IMG/VR virus record: IMGVR_UViG_3300044991_001466
Direction: 5' to 3' (one strand)
Source: a virus
Lineage: Duplodnaviria; Caudoviricetes
DNA length: 64,000 nt
Shown: piece after piece, positions 49,503 through 57,817 of the stretch
How positions within the stretch are numbered: position 1 is the first letter of the stretch
Layout of the letters: every line of letters starts with the position of its first letter
Notes under the pieces: model-generated
Databases searched by the model: none
What the model was told of the DNA's origin: nothing
What the model saw: the letters and a program-made list of their open reading frames with translations, nothing else
Position numbers and translations under genes: made by a program

Positions 49503-51167
49503 ATGTATATAATCGGAATATCGGCATTTTATCATGACTCCTCTGTATGTTTATTCAGAGATAACCAATTAATATTTGCATGTGAAGAAGAAAAGTTCAC
49601 AGGGATAAAACACGATAGTTCATTCCCTGATAGGGCGTTAGATTATATATATATAAAATATAAAATAAACGAGAAAAATTTACAGGCGGTTTGTTATTAC
49701 GAAGACCCAAAATTAAAATACCAAAGAGTAGTTGATAACATTAGACCACAACTATTTAAAAACCCCTTTTATTCTATTAAATCTTTTTTAAAGATTAAAA
49801 GAAACATGAAAACTTTAGATAAAAGACTTAAAGAGTTATCACCTAATGTTTTTTATTCCACACATCATGAGGCTCACCAATATTATTCATATTACACATC
49901 ACCATTTGAAAAGGCAACTTGTCTATCAATAGATGGTGTTGGTGAGATTGATACGTTATCGGTTGGTTTTGGTGACTACCAAGGTATTGAATATGGTAGT
50001 ATGGCGAAATACCCACATTCGTTAGGTTTATTTTATTCTGCAATGACCTCATTTTTAGGGTTTAGACCAAATGAAGGTGAATATAAAATGATGGGATTGG
50101 CCCCATATGGAAATTCGGAAATTTATATTGATAAGGTAAGAAAATTAATTACATATAAAAATAGTAAATTGGAATGTAATATGGATGTTTTTTGTTGGAA
50201 TACATCTGACAAAACCATGTTCAATGATAATCTTTCTACATTACTTGAGATTGACCAACGTATACCTGACGATAGTTTAGAACCAGTACACAAAGATTTA
50301 GCGGCATCAGTACAAAAAGTTTACGAAGAAATATTATTCAAAATTTTAAAATCAATTTCAATTATAAGTGAAAGTCAAAATTTATGTTTAAGTGGAGGTT
50401 GTGCATATAATGGAACGGCAAATGGTAAGATTGTTAACGATTCGGCATTCAGTCATTTATGGATACCACCGGCACCATCTGATGCGGGTTCTGCAATAGG
50501 TGCTGTCATTCATTATTTAGTTAAGGAAAAGAAAGTTAGAAATAAAGTGACCAAAAATCCATTCTTAGGACCAATGTATTTTCTTGATGAGATTAAAGAC
50601 GCCATTAAGAAAACTAAAAATTATAAGTTTGCGTCAGATACAAGTCTTATAGATTATGTCGCGAAAAAATTAAAAGAGGGTAAAGTTGTGGGTTGGTTTC
50701 ATGGTCACATTGAATTCGGTTCAAGAGCATTGGGTAATCGATCAATCTTGGCAGACCCAACTATTGAGGGTATGAAAGACAGGATTAATAAAGTCATTAA
50801 AAAACGAGAAGGGTTTAGACCATTTGCGCCGATGGTGACTAAAGAAAGACAAGATGAATTTTTTGAAATGACTGACGATATCCCATATATGAATCAAGTG
50901 GTTAAGGTTAAACCAGAATATAGAGACATATTAAAAGCGGTAACTCACGTAGACGGTTCAGCAAGAGTACAAACGGTATATAAAAACACCATGATATATG
51001 ATTTATTAAAATCATTTGAAAAGGTATCAGGGTACCCAATATTATTAAACACGTCGTTTAATGTTAAAGATAAAACAATGGTATTGACACCCAAAGATGC
51101 GGTAGATACTTTTTACGATACTGACATGGATTTGTTGGTTATAGGTAATTATATAATATATAAATAA
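49503..51167 (+). CDS. Carbamoyltransferase, NodU/CmcH family
   Basis: GISAFYHDSS, HHEAH, DGVGE, EYKMMGLAPYG, LSGGCAYN, DAGSAIGA, ALGNRSILADP, FRPFAP, HVDGSARVQ, LNTSFN. Confidence 0.95.
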   Translation: MYIIGISAFYHDSSVCLFRDNQLIFACEEEKFTGIKHDSSFPDRALDYIYIKYKINEKNLQAVCYYEDPKLKYQRVVDNIRPQLFKNPFYSIKSFLKIKRNMKTLDKRLKELSPNVFYSTHHEAHQYYSYYTSPFEKATCLSIDGVGEIDTLSVGFGDYQGIEYGSMAKYPHSLGLFYSAMTSFLGFRPNEGEYKMMGLAPYGNSEIYIDKVRKLITYKNSKLECNMDVFCWNTSDKTMFNDNLSTLLEIDQRIPDDSLEPVHKDLAASVQKVYEEILFKILKSISIISESQNLCLSGGCAYNGTANGKIVNDSAFSHLWIPPAPSDAGSAIGAVIHYLVKEKKVRNKVTKNPFLGPMYFLDEIKDAIKKTKNYKFASDTSLIDYVAKKLKEGKVVGWFHGHIEFGSRALGNRSILADPTIEGMKDRINKVIKKREGFRPFAPMVTKERQDEFFEMTDDIPYMNQVVKVKPEYRDILKAVTHVDGSARVQTVYKNTMIYDLLKSFEKVSGYPILLNTSFNVKDKTMVLTPKDAVDTFYDTDMDLLVIGNYIIYK

Positions 51168-51836
51168 ATGTCTAAAATTCTAATCATAGGGGATAGTTTT
51201 GTTGGTAAAGGTAGACCAACACACGATTCGTGGGTTGATATTATAAAAGATAATTTTAATTCCGTATATGTTGACAGTCAACCCAGTCGAGATACACAAA
51301 CAGTACTCGACAAGTGGATTATTTCAATACCGAATTTAAATTCTGATGATTCCTTAATAATAATGTTACCAACTTTTTTAAGGACTAGATTACCATATAA
51401 TGAGACCCATTTTTGGGATGACCATAATGCTGGAAACCTTACATCAATAAATAGGTTTGTTGGTATACACAAATATCAAAAAAGTGTGGACTTGATTGAT
51501 GTGTTTGAATCTGAAAAAGATGATTATAATAAAATAATACAGACAATGCAGTTAATTAATTCTTCAAAAGCAGCAAGTCTTAATTATTTAGATATTATCA
51601 GTTCACTATATAAAATAACTCCTTGTAAAGTTTTAATTTTTTCATGGGATGAAATGGATGAAAAATTAGATATTATTGAAGATAACTCAAAAATACAGAA
51701 AAATTTGGGACATTTAGGTTCGGCACATGATGAATATATTAGAACTAACGGAAATAGAGGACGTGAGCATGATCATCATTGGGATGATGAAACACAAATT
51801 TTATTTGCTAATTACATAAAAAATAAATTAAAATAA
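51168..51836 (+). CDS. SGNH/GDSL-like protein
   Basis: IGDSFV, C-terminal DHHW; divergent member. Confidence 0.6.
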   Translation: MSKILIIGDSFVGKGRPTHDSWVDIIKDNFNSVYVDSQPSRDTQTVLDKWIISIPNLNSDDSLIIMLPTFLRTRLPYNETHFWDDHNAGNLTSINRFVGIHKYQKSVDLIDVFESEKDDYNKIIQTMQLINSSKAASLNYLDIISSLYKITPCKVLIFSWDEMDEKLDIIEDNSKIQKNLGHLGSAHDEYIRTNGNRGREHDHHWDDETQILFANYIKNKLK

Positions 51837-51844
51837 AAAATAAT

Positions 51845-51961
51845 ATGATGAAGTTAATTAATTGGATTAAGAAGTATTTTGCCGACCGCAAAAAAAAGAA
51901 AGAATTTAAAAAGAAATTAGAAGAATTACGTAAAAGAGATCCATTTATCTATAATCATTAA
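51845..51961 (+). CDS. Small basic protein (38 aa, not in ORF track)
   Basis: MMKLINWIKKYFADRKKRKEFKKKLEELRKRDPFIYNH. Confidence 0.55.
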   Translation: MMKLINWIKKYFADRKKKKEFKKKLEELRKRDPFIYNH

Positions 51962-51987
51962 GATGATAAAAATCATAGGTAAATTAT

Positions 51988-52016
51988 TTGGTTATTTCAA
52001 ATAATTTACTTATATT
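51988..52016 (+). promoter_or_regulatory. Putative promoter
   Basis: TTGGTT-N17-TATATT (also TTTG-N20-TATATTTT), 8 nt before ATG 52025. Confidence 0.6.
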
Positions 52017-52024
52017 TTAGTATT

Positions 52025-52459
52025 ATGATATATTGGTTTACAGGTCAACCTGGTGCAGGAAAAACAACATTAGCTAAACATTTAGTTAATTATTTTGAGA
52101 ACAACAACGTAATTCACGTTGATGGTGACGATTTACGCGATATCTTTCAAAATAAAGACTATTCCGAGGTTGGAAGAAGGAAAAACATCGAAAGGGCTCA
52201 GGATATTGCGAGATTTATGAGTGAAAAGGGGTTTAACGTAATCGTATCCTTAGTTTCACCTTATAAAGACCAAAGAGACCAATTTAAAGAGAATAACAAC
52301 GTTACTGAAGTCTATGTACATACCACAGATGAAAGAGGTAGAGAAGGGTTTCACGTGTCTAACTATGAAAAACCTACGGACAATTTCGTAGAGATTGACA
52401 CAAGTAACAGAAAAGAGGTCGATTCGTTTATTGAATTAACTATTAAATTAAAAATATGA
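52025..52459 (+). CDS. cysC: Adenylylsulfate (APS) kinase, short form
   Basis: WFTGQPGAGKTT, DGDDLR, DYS..GR..NI, VSLVSPY, YEKP. Confidence 0.9.
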   Translation: MIYWFTGQPGAGKTTLAKHLVNYFENNNVIHVDGDDLRDIFQNKDYSEVGRRKNIERAQDIARFMSEKGFNVIVSLVSPYKDQRDQFKENNNVTEVYVHTTDERGREGFHVSNYEKPTDNFVEIDTSNRKEVDSFIELTIKLKI

Positions 52460-52836
52460 GTAAAAAGTACGCAATGTATGTGGGACGTTGGCAAAATTGG
52501 CATAAGGGTCACGAATGGCTCCTTAACCAACAAATAGAGAAGGGGAAAGACGTGTGGGTGGCAATTAGAAATGTACCAACTGACGAAAATAATCCAAAAA
52601 CCGCACAACAAGTAATGATGGATTTGGCTGAAGAACCTTTCTTTAAAGAAAATTCACATAAAATTAATATATCAATTATTCCCGATATTGAGAGTATTAA
52701 TTATGGTAGAGGAGTAGGTTATGATGTAATATATCACGAACCACCAACTGAGATAGCAACGATTAGTGGAACGGCAATTAGAACTGGTCACATGACACCT
52801 GATGGTGAAATTAAATATGATCAAACAAAAGGATAA
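52456..52836 (+). CDS. HxGH-superfamily nucleotidyltransferase
   Basis: GRWQNWHKGH signature and SGTAIR (SxT.IR) C-terminal motif; 126 aa. Confidence 0.8.
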   Translation: MSKKYAMYVGRWQNWHKGHEWLLNQQIEKGKDVWVAIRNVPTDENNPKTAQQVMMDLAEEPFFKENSHKINISIIPDIESINYGRGVGYDVIYHEPPTEIATISGTAIRTGHMTPDGEIKYDQTKG

Positions 52837-53051
52837 TGATAGTAGAACGTAAACGACACATAGCGAAAACCATCTCATATCGTATTGTAAGTACCTTCAT
52901 CGGGTTCTTATTAATGTGGTTGATAAGTGGTTCAATTAAAGTAGGGGCGGCATTTGGGGTGGCAGAATTGATTTATAAACCCATCCAATATTATGTTCAC
53001 GAAAGAATATGGTATAAATGGATAAAATTTGGGTTAAAAGATAAAAAATAA
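52836..53051 (+). CDS. DUF2061-like small membrane protein
   Basis: AKTISYRI, ISGSIKVG, E..YKP..YYVHERIW. Confidence 0.75.
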   Translation: MIVERKRHIAKTISYRIVSTFIGFLLMWLISGSIKVGAAFGVAELIYKPIQYYVHERIWYKWIKFGLKDKK

Positions 53052-53077
53052 GTATTTATATATAAAACAAGGAAATT

Positions 53078-54565
53078 ATGAGAACAGTATTAATAGGTTC
53101 GGACTTTATGTACGATAAAGATGGTAATTTAAAACCCATTGAAATAAACACTGCAGTAGGATGGGATGGACTTCAGAAGATTGAGGATAATATAGATTGT
53201 TTGGATTTAACGGGTTTATACCAATTTATTGAAACTAAAGGATTTACATCCGTACATTATGTGGGCGATATACCATATATAAACGAAACGTTAGAAACTT
53301 ATTATAGTGGAAGTTCAATCACATATGAATATCATTTGGTTAATAAATTAGCCATCACAGTGCCATTTATTGAAGATAATGATGAAACATTAATTATTAG
53401 AAGTTCATATGACACAACAGCATTGGTAGATGATACATATTGTAAAGATAAGGTTAATTTTTTAAATTTAATTAAAGATTCTTCATTCGGTTCTCAATTT
53501 GCTTATTTAGATGAATCAAACCAATTAGTGTCAAACATTACAACAATTAATGATAATGGGGAACACCCAAACTTTATTTTAAAGGCGAGATATCCTTCTT
53601 ACGATAAAGAAGTTTATCCTAAATTTTTTAAGGTATCAACACAAGAAGAATTGAATACAATTTTAGAGAATGTAACATCGGATTACTTCTTAATGGAGAA
53701 TTATTGTAACACCACCAATAATTTTGAAGGACATGTAAAAGTTATAAGAAGTTTAAATATATTGTATCCACCAACATTAGAATCAATACAAATTGGTCAA
53801 TACACTAGAATTAATCAAAATATAATTTTTTCTAATGTAGAATATGATTCAATAACTCATATGTTAAATTCGGAATATAGAGAGAGTTATATAACATTAA
53901 CAACTATTAAAGGAGTACCCAAATTATTAGACACAGATTTAGTAGAAATGCCAGATGGTACGTTTAAAACTGCATTAGATTTAAACGTTGGGGATGTAAT
54001 CAAAACAATTGATATACCAAATCCAAATGGTGTGGATAATCAATCATATCTTGCAAATTTTGAAATAACATACGAAACACTTGTATCAGGTACAACTTAT
54101 TCAACAAATAAAATTGTCAATAAAAAAAGAGTAAATTTATTAACATATATTAATCGATTAACTTTTGATGATAATAGTACATGGGAAGATACGTCAATTT
54201 CTTCTTATTTAATTGAAAGAGATAATGTTATACAATTTGAAGAAATACATGGTATAAAAATGGGAGATGTTGTTTTATTATTAGATACAACAGAGGGATT
54301 GGTAGATTTTATTAGAAAAAATGTTGTAGAAAATGTAGAGACTAAAACAATATTTTCCGGTTGGTTTATTACAGTAGAAAATGCTCATCTATTTTTAACT
54401 AAAACATCATCTACAAATAATGAATCTTTTGTTTCCATTGAACATAATGCTGGTGAAGCTTGTTATTATTGCTCCGGCGGGTCTCAATCTGCTTACTGCC
54501 CTAAATCGGCACCATATTGTGGAGCATATGGATATTGTGTATATTCTCCTGAATATTGTCCATAA
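53078..54565 (+). CDS. Permuted ATP-grasp-like domain + Hint domain + C-terminal Cys-rich peptide
   Basis: GSDF..DKDG.LKPIEINT at the N-terminus, FILKARYP, FLMENY; Hint-like region 53921-54448 (LLDTDLVEMPDG..K...L.VGD.I; ITVENAHLF...IEHN); then 38 aa with 6 Cys. Confidence 0.7.
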   Translation: MRTVLIGSDFMYDKDGNLKPIEINTAVGWDGLQKIEDNIDCLDLTGLYQFIETKGFTSVHYVGDIPYINETLETYYSGSSITYEYHLVNKLAITVPFIEDNDETLIIRSSYDTTALVDDTYCKDKVNFLNLIKDSSFGSQFAYLDESNQLVSNITTINDNGEHPNFILKARYPSYDKEVYPKFFKVSTQEELNTILENVTSDYFLMENYCNTTNNFEGHVKVIRSLNILYPPTLESIQIGQYTRINQNIIFSNVEYDSITHMLNSEYRESYITLTTIKGVPKLLDTDLVEMPDGTFKTALDLNVGDVIKTIDIPNPNGVDNQSYLANFEITYETLVSGTTYSTNKIVNKKRVNLLTYINRLTFDDNSTWEDTSISSYLIERDNVIQFEEIHGIKMGDVVLLLDTTEGLVDFIRKNVVENVETKTIFSGWFITVENAHLFLTKTSSTNNESFVSIEHNAGEACYYCSGGSQSAYCPKSAPYCGAYGYCVYSPEYCP

Positions 54566-54572
54566 ATTATTG

Positions 54573-54607
54573 TAAAATAAAATAAAATAAAATAAAATAA
54601 AATAAAA
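54573..54607 (+). repeat. Simple tandem repeat (TAAAA)7
   Basis: Seven perfect pentamers; the last A is the A of ATG 54607. Confidence 0.9.
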
Positions 54608-54696
54608 TGGCAAAAATTATAACAAATACCGAAATTAATACGTTAAATACAACCCTAACAACTATTGGTAATTTAATAGTAACCGCAAATAGTTAG
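54607..54696 (+). CDS. Possible 29-aa micro-ORF
   Basis: MAKIITNTEINTLNTTLTTIGNLIVTANS fills the gap between the Hint gene and 54719. Confidence 0.35.
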   Translation: MAKIITNTEINTLNTTLTTIGNLIVTANS

Positions 54697-54718
54697 TTGT
54701 AAAAATAATAGGTTAAAA

Positions 54719-55018
54719 ATGAAATTAGATTTTAAAGAAATATCAACGGCTTGGTATAATAAACTTATACATTCTAATGAATTAAAAAAATTAGCTGATG
54801 ATAGATTTGATATTTGTTTAGAATGTCCGTCTAAAAAAGAAATTTTCAAAGGTAAACAATGGTCTCTCAGGTGTGGAGAATGTGGGTGCCCTTTAGCAGG
54901 TAAAGTATATACATCTAATACATATTTGGATAAAAACGGATCATGTCCATTAGAAAAGTGGAAAGAAGTTGAGATTGAATATTTAAAAAATTTTAAAAAA
55001 ATGAAAACTTTTATATAA
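54719..55018 (+). CDS. Small Cys-rich metal-binding protein (DUF6171-like)
   Basis: RFDICLECP...CGECGCPL..K...CPLEKW; ends KTFI. Confidence 0.7.
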   Translation: MKLDFKEISTAWYNKLIHSNELKKLADDRFDICLECPSKKEIFKGKQWSLRCGECGCPLAGKVYTSNTYLDKNGSCPLEKWKEVEIEYLKNFKKMKTFI

Positions 55019-55019
55019 A

Positions 55020-55703
55020 GTGTCTTATTTAATTAATAATGAACTTATTTGGGTTTCTATTCCAAAATGTGCAAGTTACTCTATTGAACGAGCACTTAGA
55101 AATTCAAAACTAAAATTAGATACCTACGACCCAAATATTATTATAGACGAGCACCTTCACGTCCCATTAACTGAGTGTTTATCACTATGGGGAAACAAAG
55201 AAACTGTTTGTATAACCAGAGATTATGTGCATAGATGGATGAGCTCTTTAAATTTTATTTGGGATAAAATAGAATTTGAAAGTGATTATACCCTTATTCG
55301 TAAATGGGAAGATGTTGATAATGAATTTTTATATAAAATGTTTGATACCAAGTTTCTCAATGATTTACATTCATTTGACGGCAATGATTTAGAAACAAAA
55401 AATTGTTTTTTAAAATTAGTAAAAGAAAAATACGACATTTTAAAAAAAATGCCATTTATAATGATAACCTTAGTTTCCCCAAACTTTTTTAAATCCAATA
55501 GAAAATGTACATATGAGTTTGACATTAAAGAAATAGATAAATTTGTTGATTTTATTGAAGATAGATTTGGTGAAAGATTAATTATAGAGAGCACTAACCA
55601 ATCTACAAAAAGACCAAATAAAATTATAATAAATGATGAATTAAAATCATTTATTTTAGAAAATTTTGAAAATAGATTTAAAAAAAGAAATCAATTAATA
55701 TAG
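55020..55703 (+). CDS. Sulfotransferase-like protein (Sulfotransfer_2-like)
   Basis: WVSIPKCASYS PSB-like loop, TRDYVHRWMS 3'-phosphate-binding-like motif; GTG start; ends NQLI. Confidence 0.7.
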   Translation: MSYLINNELIWVSIPKCASYSIERALRNSKLKLDTYDPNIIIDEHLHVPLTECLSLWGNKETVCITRDYVHRWMSSLNFIWDKIEFESDYTLIRKWEDVDNEFLYKMFDTKFLNDLHSFDGNDLETKNCFLKLVKEKYDILKKMPFIMITLVSPNFFKSNRKCTYEFDIKEIDKFVDFIEDRFGERLIIESTNQSTKRPNKIIINDELKSFILENFENRFKKRNQLI

Positions 55704-55706
55704 TAT

Positions 55707-56180
55707 ATGCAAATATATAAAAACATATTAACAAATGATTTTTGTGATATTTTAATAGAAAAAATTAAGAATGAATGTGTATTAAGTGAATCTCATAAAA
55801 AAGGGTGGTATGTTTGGTTAATTTGGGGACAACAACCCAGTCAACCACTAAGTAGAGAAAAGTGGAATGAAGAAATCTATAATATGGTAACTGATGAGTT
55901 AAATAGATGTAATTTTCCTAAACATAAAACAATGTGGCTACAAATGACAGAATATAAAGATGGTAGGTGGTTACGAAGACATGTAGATGGTGCAGGAAAT
56001 AAAACAATAATAATTTTGTTATCCAATGAATTTGTGGGTGGAGATACATATATAAATGATAGTGTTGTAAATTTAAAAAAGGGCGATGGTGTTATATTTG
56101 ATGGGGGTTATCAATATCATGAAGTAACACCAGTAACAGAAGGAACACGATACGCTTTAAATTTTTGGTTATATAAATAA
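55707..56180 (+). CDS. 2OG-Fe(II) oxygenase
   Basis: Y..G..L.RHVD, LLSNEFVGG, GDGVIF, YHEVTPVTEGTRYAL. Confidence 0.9.
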   Translation: MQIYKNILTNDFCDILIEKIKNECVLSESHKKGWYVWLIWGQQPSQPLSREKWNEEIYNMVTDELNRCNFPKHKTMWLQMTEYKDGRWLRRHVDGAGNKTIIILLSNEFVGGDTYINDSVVNLKKGDGVIFDGGYQYHEVTPVTEGTRYALNFWLYK

Positions 56181-56189
56181 CAATATAAT

Positions 56190-57233
56190 ATGGTAGATTT
56201 AAAGAATTATGTTTGTAGTGTTCCTTTTAATTCATTAGAAATACATAATAATGTTTGTTTTGTTTGTTGTCCATCTTGGTTACCAAATAAGATTGAAATA
56301 TCAGAAGTACCACTAAAGGATATGTGGAATAGTGAACCAATCGTTGATATTAGAAATTCTATATTAGATGGTTCATTTAAATATTGTAATAAAGAACTTT
56401 GTCCTTATTTAAGTAAATTAATAAACTATGGTGTGACATCTGGTCCAGTCAGACTGAAATCAGATTCAAATATTAATAATCCAATTATTGAAAATAATAC
56501 ACCCGATTATTTGGTAATGAATTTTGATAGAACTTGTAATTACAAATGTCCATCATGTAGAGTTGATTTAATTGTTGAAAATAGTGAAGGGATAAAAAGA
56601 GTTGAAAAAACAATTGAAGATATTGATAAATATTATTCAGCAAATGTAAAAACTTTATACATAACAGGTTCTGGAGACCCATTTGTTTCAGTCGGGTTTA
56701 GAAATTATTTAAGAAATTTTAATCCAAAAAAATATCCAAATTTAAAATCAATACACTTACATACCAATGCCTCAATGTGGAATAAAGAAATGTGGGATAG
56801 TATGCCAAATATTCACAAATATGTCGGTACCTGTGAAATCAGTATAGATGCAGGAACAAAAGACACATATGAAAATAAAACAAGATTAGGTGGTAATTGG
56901 GAAAATTTATTGAGTAATTTAAAATTTATTAGTACCATACCGAATATTAATGTAAAAACTTCCTTTGTTGTACAAGATAGTAACTATACTGAAATGGAAA
57001 CATTTTATAATTTAATGTATTCTATTTTTGGTAAAAAAGTAAATGTGTTTTTTGGTAAAATAACAAATTGGGGTACATTTTCAGAGGGTGAATTCAAATT
57101 TAAACAGGTATGGGATACCGAACACCCAGAACACCAATTATTTAAAAAAGAATTTAATAAGGTATGGAAAAACACAAATCTATTTCATAATCTATATGAG
57201 TTTATTGAGAGCACTAATAAAACATTGATATAA
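56190..57233 (+). CDS. Radical SAM protein with N-terminal SPASM-like cluster
   Basis: CSVPF...CC..W...C...CP; CNYKCPSC; TGSGDPF; ends KTLI. Confidence 0.88.
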   Translation: MVDLKNYVCSVPFNSLEIHNNVCFVCCPSWLPNKIEISEVPLKDMWNSEPIVDIRNSILDGSFKYCNKELCPYLSKLINYGVTSGPVRLKSDSNINNPIIENNTPDYLVMNFDRTCNYKCPSCRVDLIVENSEGIKRVEKTIEDIDKYYSANVKTLYITGSGDPFVSVGFRNYLRNFNPKKYPNLKSIHLHTNASMWNKEMWDSMPNIHKYVGTCEISIDAGTKDTYENKTRLGGNWENLLSNLKFISTIPNINVKTSFVVQDSNYTEMETFYNLMYSIFGKKVNVFFGKITNWGTFSEGEFKFKQVWDTEHPEHQLFKKEFNKVWKNTNLFHNLYEFIESTNKTLI

Positions 57234-57247
57234 TTTAACATAATAAA

Positions 57248-57817
57248 ATGGTTATTACAATAATCGCCGAACCAAGAAGTGGGTCAACAAATTTAGCAGA
57301 TTATTTTAAATCAAATAAAGATTTTACTATTTTACAAGAACCATTAAATAAATATGGAAAATCGTATCAAAAAAATAATCCAATTAATAAATGGACTTAT
57401 AATACAAAACACTTATTAATTAAGGAAATATATGACCCAAATAAAAACTTAAAAGAATTAATACAATTTTCAGATAAAATAATTATTCTTTATAGAGAAA
57501 ATAAAAATGAACAATTAGAATCTTGGTTAGTTGCAAAGGTAACCAATAATTGGCGGGGTAAATGGGTAAATAGTAAAATTCGTATACCTAACAAAGAATT
57601 AAAAATTCAGTTTTTTAATAAAATGGTTAATGAGTTTGAAATAGAATATAGATTAAATAATGATATGTTTAAAATATCATATGAAGAACTTTATTACAAG
57701 AATGGTTTTGAAAAAATAGTGAATTATCTTAATATTGATAGTGTTAAGAATATTGATTTTCCATATGGTCAAAAATATAGGTTGGACAAAATAGAAATAA
57801 ATAAAACTTTAATATGA
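57248..57817 (+). CDS. Sulfotransferase-like P-loop protein (Stf0-like)
   Basis: IAEPRSGST, EPLN, LYREN..EQLES, ISYEEL; ends KTLI. Confidence 0.7.
   Translation: MVITIIAEPRSGSTNLADYFKSNKDFTILQEPLNKYGKSYQKNNPINKWTYNTKHLLIKEIYDPNKNLKELIQFSDKIIILYRENKNEQLESWLVAKVTNNWRGKWVNSKIRIPNKELKIQFFNKMVNEFEIEYRLNNDMFKISYEELYYKNGFEKIVNYLNIDSVKNIDFPYGQKYRLDKIEINKTLI

Noticed and set aside
53921-54448. Hint region as a canonical splicing intein or mobile element
   Set aside because: No Cys/Ser at position 1, no block-B His, +1 residue is Ala, no homing endonuclease, and it is not inserted in a conserved host protein
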